A stretch of DNA of 64,000 bases from Escherichia coli (GTDB taxonomy: Bacteria > Pseudomonadota > Gammaproteobacteria > Enterobacterales > Enterobacteriaceae), in NCBI RefSeq assembly GCF_022846255.1, contig NZ_AP025682.1. One strand, written 5' to 3'. The translations under genes were made by a program, and so were the position numbers. Below the pieces are notes generated by a model. That model saw only the letters and a list, made by a program, of their open reading frames with translations. It was not told the origin of the DNA and did no database searches. Shown piece after piece: positions 58,185 to 64,000 of this stretch. The stretch's first letter is position 1, and every line of letters begins with the position of its first letter.

Positions 58185-59162
58185 TTACCCCAATAAATTC
58201 CTCACCGTCTGGCTGGAAATTCGCGCCTGACCGTTCACAGCCTGCAATAAAACCTGATAGTTATGATTGGCGCTATCAAGCACACCGCCGAGATTTTCCG
58301 ATGCCTGCACCGCGTTTTCCGTTTGCGGGAAGCGCGACATGCCGTCGATCAGCTGCCGCGCTTTTTCCTGCTGCACCGCCATCTTCGCGCGCTGCTGATT
58401 AATGTTTTCTAACGTCTGAGAAATCCCCGCCCCACCCTGTTGCAGGCTTTGCGCTAAGCGGTCCGCCTGTGACGGTTCGGCAAAGGTTTTTAGCGGCATA
58501 AACGCTGATTTATCACCATCGGTACGCACGCTTAAGGTTCGTTCGATATGGGGCCACTGTTTTTCAGTGGTGGAGAAGCTGATGCCATCGGCGTGTTGAT
58601 GCATCTGAACGCCCACGCGGCGCAGAGCGTTGGTCAGCCGCGTCTGATACTGCGCGGCGCTGTCATCCTCAGACAGCATCACCGCCGAAAGCTGAGTCTG
58701 CCGCCCGTCAGAGACGCTGAACATGCGCGTTCCCGGCGTGGGATTGTGTACCAGATTCGTCAGATCCGGCGAGTGAAAAGTCACCCGCGCTTCCCCCTGC
58801 AACACTGGCTGCAACTGGCGGTCCACCGCGCCGCCGGAAAGCGCGGTGCGTTTGTCCAGCATCTGCATCAGCGCTGAACTCTGCGCCTGCCCGCCCTTAC
58901 GCTGGCTGTGACGGTAATCGAGCAACTGCTGTTCCAGTTGCCCGAGATAGTGATCCGCCTGCTGCAACGTGGTGAGCTGATCGTTAAGCTGCACACTGTA
59001 ACGCTGCGGGCGAGTGGTAATCAGCGGCGAGGCCGGATATTCACTCGCCGTCGCCGGGAGTTTTTGCCGCACCGCCTGAGTGGGCGCAACGGTTGACGAC
59101 GATACCGCAGCGCTATGCGCGCCGCCGGTGGCGAGTGATGAAGATGTAAGTCCGACCTGCAT
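58185..59162 (-). CDS. lafW: Flag-2 protein of unknown function
   Basis: 325 aa, Ser/Gln-rich, no recognisable domain; placed by synteny between lfgL and lafZ. Confidence 0.5.
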   Translation of the reverse strand: MQVGLTSSSLATGGAHSAAVSSSTVAPTQAVRQKLPATASEYPASPLITTRPQRYSVQLNDQLTTLQQADHYLGQLEQQLLDYRHSQRKGGQAQSSALMQMLDKRTALSGGAVDRQLQPVLQGEARVTFHSPDLTNLVHNPTPGTRMFSVSDGRQTQLSAVMLSEDDSAAQYQTRLTNALRRVGVQMHQHADGISFSTTEKQWPHIERTLSVRTDGDKSAFMPLKTFAEPSQADRLAQSLQQGGAGISQTLENINQQRAKMAVQQEKARQLIDGMSRFPQTENAVQASENLGGVLDSANHNYQVLLQAVNGQARISSQTVRNLLG

Positions 59163-59178
59163 ACGGTTCCTGAAAGAG

Positions 59179-60108
59179 TTAGAGAACGCTGAATAAATTC
59201 AACTCACTCACTTTCGAGTAAGTCTTGAGGGTAGCTTCCATTGCCACTTCCAGTCCGGTAAAGGTGATCGACGCCGGGCCGTAATCGAGATCCTGTAAAG
59301 AACCAATCAACTCATCATTAGAGGTAGAAATATCGGTCTGCGCATCGCTCAGCATCGACATGGTGTTCTGCGTCTCGCCAAGCGACGCAATCGAGGCGTT
59401 GAGATCGTCCGAAGCGGTATCCACCACATCAACGGCGTTCTGAAGATCGCTCTGCACCTGCGGATCTGCCGGGTCAACATCCGGGTTTTGCAGCTCCTGC
59501 GACAGGGAATTAAGGGTGTTGAGCACGTCTAAATTACTGCCGAAGAAATCGCTCGCCGCCACGTTGGTATCCACTTCCACGCCGTTCGACACCGTAGTCT
59601 GACGATGGTCACTGTTACCCTGATAGCTATAGCTGTCGGTCACACCATCACCGTCATCATCCACAGCCACAATCGGCGGCTGATCGTTGATGGTGCCGCC
59701 AAAGACGTAATGCCCGTCTTCATCCTGATAGTTCAGCGCCGCGACCATTGATTCGGTGAGCGACTCAATATCCTGGCCGAGGCTTGCCAGCGAATCGGCG
59801 GTATTGGTGCCGTTCGCTGCTTCCAGCAGGTCGTCACGCACCGCCAGCAGGCTGTTGTTGACGCCATCAAGAATAGACTCCTGCTGGCTTAAGCCCGCCG
59901 ACGCGGAGTCGATATTGCTCTGATACTGTTCAATCGCCGACTGCTGGCGGTTTAACTGGGTGATGCGCGTGGCGGCGATTGGGTCATCCGACGGCTGCAA
60001 AATTTCCTTGCCGGTTGCCATCTGCTCGACCACATGCGCCAGAGAGCCGGAGAGATTATTAAAACTTTGCGTCATCGAGACGTAGGTTTGTTGGGTGGTT
60101 ACTCGCAT
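59179..60108 (-). CDS. lfgL: Hook-filament junction protein (HAP3), FlgL-like
   Basis: 309 aa from MRVTTQQTYVSMTQSFN with GGGAG SD; flagellin-like terminal helices. Confidence 0.8.
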   Translation of the reverse strand: MRVTTQQTYVSMTQSFNNLSGSLAHVVEQMATGKEILQPSDDPIAATRITQLNRQQSAIEQYQSNIDSASAGLSQQESILDGVNNSLLAVRDDLLEAANGTNTADSLASLGQDIESLTESMVAALNYQDEDGHYVFGGTINDQPPIVAVDDDGDGVTDSYSYQGNSDHRQTTVSNGVEVDTNVAASDFFGSNLDVLNTLNSLSQELQNPDVDPADPQVQSDLQNAVDVVDTASDDLNASIASLGETQNTMSMLSDAQTDISTSNDELIGSLQDLDYGPASITFTGLEVAMEATLKTYSKVSELNLFSVL

Positions 60109-60122
60109 TTTCGCGCTCCCGC

Positions 60123-61499
60123 TTAGCTGCACATTTCCAGCACCGAATCGAAAATCTCGGCCCCGGCGGAAATGACTTTCAGATTGGCTTCATAAATTTG
60201 TTGATAGGTGATCAGGTTCACCGCCTCTTCGTCCATGCTGACGCCGCTGACGCTACTCTGCTGGTTTTGCGCTTCGGAATAGACATTGGACGCGGCATCG
60301 ACTTCCGTCTGGTTTTGCTGACTGTAAATGCCGATATTGCTGATGATTGACGAGCACGCCTGCCCGACCGTCACACTGCCGAGGTTGGCTATCTCCAGCG
60401 GTTCGGTGGAGATATTGATCAGCGCCTGCAGGTTGTCGCTGTTGCCGCTTTCGTCCGGTGAACTGGAAAACGCCAGCTCATCGGCAGTGATATCCGGGTT
60501 AACGGTCAGTGGGCCGTCGGCATTGCTGGCATCGTAAATAAACAGTGGCTCGCCGGGGTTACCGTTGAGATCGTAGCCCTGCGCCAGCTGGTTGTTGACC
60601 GCATCGGCGAACTGCGACGCCATGCTGTTGATGGTGTCGGTCAGCGGCGTCAGCACATCGTTTTGATAATCAAACAGTGCGCCTAATGAACCGCCAGTGT
60701 CGGTGGTCATCGTCGAGATGGTTCCGGCGAAGGTCAGCGTCATACTTGCTGTACCATCGGCGTTGGTTTCCAGCGCGATGGTCGAGCTTTGCTGCCCGCT
60801 CACCAGCGGCTGACCGTTTTTCAGGGTGACGTTGTAGTTGCCCTGGTCGTCAACATTGACCTGCACGTCCATCATTCCGCTCAGTTCTTCCACCATCTGA
60901 TCGCGGGCGTCGTACAGCGCGGAGGCGTTATCGCCGTTGGCTTCGGCCTGAGCGATTTGCTGGTTATAGCTGGCGATGCCGCTGGTCAGCGTATTGATTT
61001 GCGATACCATCGCCTGCTGCTGACTGATGATTTCCGTGCTTTGCGAGTCGATGTAATCCAGCGTGTTGTCGATGCGCAAGGACAGCGCCCCGGCTTCGCT
61101 GATCACCTGCTCGCGCAGGGCGGAATCATCGGGGCTGGTGGTCGCTTCGTTAAGGGCAGCGAAAAAGTTATCGAAGCCGCCGCTCAGACTGCTGTTATCG
61201 TCGCTCAGTACCGCTTCCAGTTGTGTGAGATACCCTTGTTGGGTGCTGTAATAGCCGTAATCGCTGGCGGCATACCATACCTGATTAACCTGATACTGGT
61301 TGGAGACGCGGCGAATACTGTCGACCTGCACGCCGTTACCGGCGCTGTTCGGCGAACCACCGCTGGCACCGATGGTGCTGATCTCCGCCACCTGGCGGGT
61401 GTAGCCCGTGGTCATGGCGTTAGCGGTGTTTTGCGCCGTGACGTTCAGCTCCACCTGCGCGGTTGATGCGCCGCTGTAGCCGATGTTAATCATGTCCAT
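60123..61499 (-). CDS. lfgK: Hook-associated protein 1, FlgK-like
   Basis: 458 aa, MDMINIGYSGASTAQVELNVTAQNTANAMTTGYTRQ... Confidence 0.85.
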   Translation of the reverse strand: MDMINIGYSGASTAQVELNVTAQNTANAMTTGYTRQVAEISTIGASGGSPNSAGNGVQVDSIRRVSNQYQVNQVWYAASDYGYYSTQQGYLTQLEAVLSDDNSSLSGGFDNFFAALNEATTSPDDSALREQVISEAGALSLRIDNTLDYIDSQSTEIISQQQAMVSQINTLTSGIASYNQQIAQAEANGDNASALYDARDQMVEELSGMMDVQVNVDDQGNYNVTLKNGQPLVSGQQSSTIALETNADGTASMTLTFAGTISTMTTDTGGSLGALFDYQNDVLTPLTDTINSMASQFADAVNNQLAQGYDLNGNPGEPLFIYDASNADGPLTVNPDITADELAFSSSPDESGNSDNLQALINISTEPLEIANLGSVTVGQACSSIISNIGIYSQQNQTEVDAASNVYSEAQNQQSSVSGVSMDEEAVNLITYQQIYEANLKVISAGAEIFDSVLEMCS

Positions 61500-61582
61500 G
61501 TTGGGTCCTTACCGGTAAATCGTGCCGGTTAAAAGCGGCGTGAAGTTGGGGATTCTTAAGTGGATAATGGTGCGCGCTGATG

Positions 61583-61690
61583 CCCTCACCCCGGCCCTCT
61601 CCCACAGGGAGAGGGCGAAAACCTGCGCCATATTCACCTCCGCGCTCAATCGGTCCCCTCGCCCCTTTGGGGAGAGGGTTAGGGTGAGGG
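61583..61690. repeat. Composite GC-rich inverted-repeat element in the lfgJ-lfgK spacer
   Basis: CCCTCACCCCGGCCCTCTCCC (61583-61603) versus inverted GGGAGAGGGTTAGGGTGAGGG (61670-61690), plus local perfect hairpin GCCCTCTCCC-ACA-GGGAGAGGGC (61594-61616). Confidence 0.6.
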
Positions 61691-61704
61691 GCAAAGCGCG
61701 CCCC

Positions 61705-62004
61705 TCATTTCCCCTTCGGCGACAACTGCTTCACAATCATCGCCGCAATCCCAATCCCGTGCTGCTGCGCCAGGGTGTTACACAACTCATCGTCATAAAA
61801 CCCCTGCATCATGCGCACCGAATCGCTGTTAAATGGGTTATCTTTCGAATCGAACAACTCGTTGGTTTTACGCATCTCTTTCAGCATGTTGCGTAAAAAA
61901 ATCGCCTCAAACTGTTCCGCGGCCTGCCTGATATCATTGGCCTGAACCTTCGGCCCCATTAACGCATCGCTGCCGTCAATCCCGCCGCTGCCGTTGATTT
62001 TCAT
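61705..62004 (-). CDS. lfgJ: FlgJ-like rod-binding protein (N-terminal domain only, no muramidase)
   Basis: 99 aa, ...AAEQFEAIFLRNMLKEMRK... Confidence 0.75.
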   Translation of the reverse strand: MKINGSGGIDGSDALMGPKVQANDIRQAAEQFEAIFLRNMLKEMRKTNELFDSKDNPFNSDSVRMMQGFYDDELCNTLAQQHGIGIAAMIVKQLSPKGK

Positions 62005-63119
62005 CAGATCACCTCCAGGTCGGCATCCAGCGCGCCCGCCTCATGCAGCGCCTGCAAAATCGACATAATGTCATCCGGCGTCGCGCCTAAACTGTTCAAC
62101 GCATTAACCAACGTTTTCAGGCTGCTCGACTCCGGCAAACTCACCACGCCCGGACGGGCATGATTCACCGCGATATTGCTCTGTGGCGTTACTGCCGTAC
62201 GCCCGCCCGCAAAGGCATTCGGTTGGCTGACGTTGCTGGTTTCGTTAATTGAGACAGTCAGGCTGCCATGCGACACCGCCGCCGCGTGCAGCGCGATGCC
62301 ATCGCCCATCACCACCGTACCGGTACGCGAGTTAAACACCACGCGGGCGCGGATTTTCTCCGCCTGCACCTGCACATCATCCAGTTGCGACATAAACGCC
62401 ACCCGCGCGCCGGGGCTGGTGGGCGCACGCACAGTGACGTTGGTGGAACTCTGCGCCGTGGCAATGCCGCCAAACGAGGCGTTGATCGCCGCCGCAATGT
62501 TGTTGGCGTCTTTAAACGACGGGCGTTTCAGGTTGAGCGTGATGGTGTCGCCCATCTGAAAATCGCTGGGGATCTCGCGCTCCACCGTCGCGCCGTTGGG
62601 AATTAACCCGGCGGTTGGCGTATTAACCGTTACGCTCGAACCGCTGGCCCCGGTGGCATTCATCCCGCCCACCACCACGCTGCCCTGCGCCAGCGCATAA
62701 ACTTCGCCATCCGCGCCGTGCAACTGGGTCAGCAACAAAGTGCCGCCACGAATACTTTTGGCATCGCCAATCGACGAAACGGTGACATCAATGGTCTGCC
62801 CGCGCGAGTACATCGGCGGCAGCGTGGCGCTCACCGCCACCGCGGCGACGTTTTTCACCTTCGGGTCGATTTTATTCGGCAGTTGCACGCCAAACTGGCG
62901 CAGCATATTGGTGATGGTCTGGTTGGTGAATTTGACCTGGTTTTTATCGCCCGTGCCGTCGAGGCCGACCACCAGGCTGTAGCCGACCAGTTGGTTTTCA
63001 CGCACGCCCTGTACGTTGACCAGCGATTCCAGCGATTGCGCCAGCGCCACGCCAGGTAGCGCCAGGCTCACGGTGATTACTGCGGCCTTTATCCAGTTTT
63101 GCATTGCACTCTCCGGCAT
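62004..63119 (-). CDS. lfgI: Flagellar P-ring protein, FlgI-like
   Basis: 371 aa with signal peptide; start overlaps lfgH stop. Confidence 0.9.
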   Translation of the reverse strand: MPESAMQNWIKAAVITVSLALPGVALAQSLESLVNVQGVRENQLVGYSLVVGLDGTGDKNQVKFTNQTITNMLRQFGVQLPNKIDPKVKNVAAVAVSATLPPMYSRGQTIDVTVSSIGDAKSIRGGTLLLTQLHGADGEVYALAQGSVVVGGMNATGASGSSVTVNTPTAGLIPNGATVEREIPSDFQMGDTITLNLKRPSFKDANNIAAAINASFGGIATAQSSTNVTVRAPTSPGARVAFMSQLDDVQVQAEKIRARVVFNSRTGTVVMGDGIALHAAAVSHGSLTVSINETSNVSQPNAFAGGRTAVTPQSNIAVNHARPGVVSLPESSSLKTLVNALNSLGATPDDIMSILQALHEAGALDADLEVI

Positions 63120-63784
63120 TAAATCGGGAACAGAGGATGGTTAAACAGTCGCGTCAACCAGCCTGCGGCGTTGGCGTCGCTTAACGCGCCGCGTCCGGCA
63201 TAGGAGATGCGGGCATCGGCGATCCGCTGCGAGGAAACCGAGTTGTCGTTCTGGATGTCGTCGGCGCGCACCAGGCCGCTTAAGCGGATGTACTCATCGC
63301 CCTGGTTGAGGGTCAGCCATTTTTCGCCGCGAATTTCCAGGATGCCGTTAGGCTGCACCGCATGGACGGAAACGGTGATCTCCCCGCGCAGGCTGTTCTG
63401 CTGCTGGGAAGTGGCGCTGCCGTCAAAGTCGCGGTTGGCATCAATGGAGCCGGAAAGCTTATCTTTGGTGTGTCCAAAAATGGTCGGCGCGCCGATATCG
63501 ACGGTGTTGCTTTTGCCGAAGTTGGTTTTCGCCTGTTTGCTCGACTGGGTGGATTCTTCGAGGATCACCGTCAGGATATCGCCCACGCGGTAAGCCCGCC
63601 GGTCGGCAGTTAGCGACCAGTTGTAGCCGGTTTCAAACACGCCCCCGGCACGCCCGTCTGCCGGAGGCGGCGCTTCGGTGGTTGGTGGCGCAAAGTATGC
63701 GTCGTCTTTTTTGACCAGAATGGCCTGCGATTCACACCCGCTAAGCAGGGGAAGCAGCGCCACCAGCCAGAGATAATTTTTCAC
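63119..63784 (-). CDS. lfgH: Flagellar L-ring lipoprotein, FlgH-like
   Basis: Called from GTG ([19 protein letters not shown], lipobox LLSGC); the 25 codons the track adds upstream are read through a REP unit. Confidence 0.8.
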   Translation of the reverse strand: MKNYLWLVALLPLLSGCESQAILVKKDDAYFAPPTTEAPPPADGRAGGVFETGYNWSLTADRRAYRVGDILTVILEESTQSSKQAKTNFGKSNTVDIGAPTIFGHTKDKLSGSIDANRDFDGSATSQQQNSLRGEITVSVHAVQPNGILEIRGEKWLTLNQGDEYIRLSGLVRADDIQNDNSVSSQRIADARISYAGRGALSDANAAGWLTRLFNHPLFPI

Positions 63785-63821
63785 GTTCTGCCTGTTTAAA
63801 TACAGTGAGTTATGTGCTCTT

Positions 63822-63858
63822 GTAGGTCGGATAAGACGCCTCAGCGTCGCATCCGACA
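63822..63858. repeat. REP (palindromic unit) between lfgG and lfgH
   Basis: GTAGGTCGGATAAGACGCCTCAGCGTCGCATCCGACA. Confidence 0.7.
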
Positions 63859-63865
63859 TTTCGCC

Positions 63866-64000
63866 TTACAGCGTCTGGCTGATGTACTGCAACATATCGT
63901 CCGCTGCTGACACCATTTTGGCGTTCATCTCGTACGCGCGTTGCACCGTAATCATCGCCACCATTTCGTTGACGATATCCACGTTCGAGCCTTCGAGCGC
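63866..64000 (-). CDS. lfgG: Distal rod protein, FlgG-like, C-terminal 44 codons (gene continues beyond window)
   Basis: Minus-strand translation ...ALEGSNVDIVNEMVAMITVQRAYEMNAKMVSAADDMLQYISQTL* is the conserved FlgG C-terminus. Confidence 0.8.
   Translation of the reverse strand, partial: ALEGSNVDIVNEMVAMITVQRAYEMNAKMVSAADDMLQYISQTL

Noticed and set aside
60789-61466. 225-aa plus-strand ORF inside lfgK
   Set aside because: GC-rich antisense shadow ORF within the FlgK-like gene.
61509-61694. 61-aa ORF (MPLTLTLSPKGRGD...)
   Set aside because: It is the translation of the GC-rich inverted-repeat element; TTG start, no SD, peptide composition dictated by the palindrome.
63785-63859. N-terminal 25 codons of the longest lfgH ORF
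   Set aside because: Encoded by a REP element and would give an abnormally long pre-signal region; the GTG at 63784 precedes a proper lipoprotein signal peptide.

Overview
This window reads as Escherichia coli chromosome, in reverse-complement orientation relative to K-12 numbering. Gene order: recombinase 3' end / LuxR regulators / autotransporter - ykgH - ykgGFE - rclRABC - AKR - ykgA - eaeH(fdeC) - AKR/LysR/hydrolase/OYE cluster - ykgR - ykgM/ykgO - ecpRABCDE - ykgJ - yagU - thrW - proAB - phoE - crl - frsA - gpt - pepD - prfH/rtcB - yafPON/dinB - Flag-2 lateral flagellar cluster (lafU to lfgG, continuing past the right edge). Compared with K-12 as I recall it, each locus is in its unscarred state: eaeH is intact (1416 aa), the AKR and AraC genes that are K-12 ykgQ/ykgA are intact, there is no prophage at thrW (only an integrase 3' remnant), prfH-rtcB is an intact coupled pair, and Flag-2 is present. 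The three most interesting accessory regions are: (i) at the left edge, a FimB/FimE-family recombinase 3' end followed by a 246-bp AT-rich segment bounded by perfect 16-bp inverted repeats, directly upstream of two LuxR-type regulators and an autotransporter, which is a candidate invertible phase-variation switch; (ii) a six-gene redox/electrophile-type cluster between eaeH and ykgM; (iii) REP and a composite GC-rich inverted repeat embedded inside the Flag-2 operons. No rRNA, CRISPR array or intact IS element was seen. All calls come from reading the supplied ORF translations and the sequence by eye; no searches were run. CDS coordinates are anchored to the ORF track (starts moved only by whole codons); coordinates of non-ORF features are hand-counted and could be off by a base or two.
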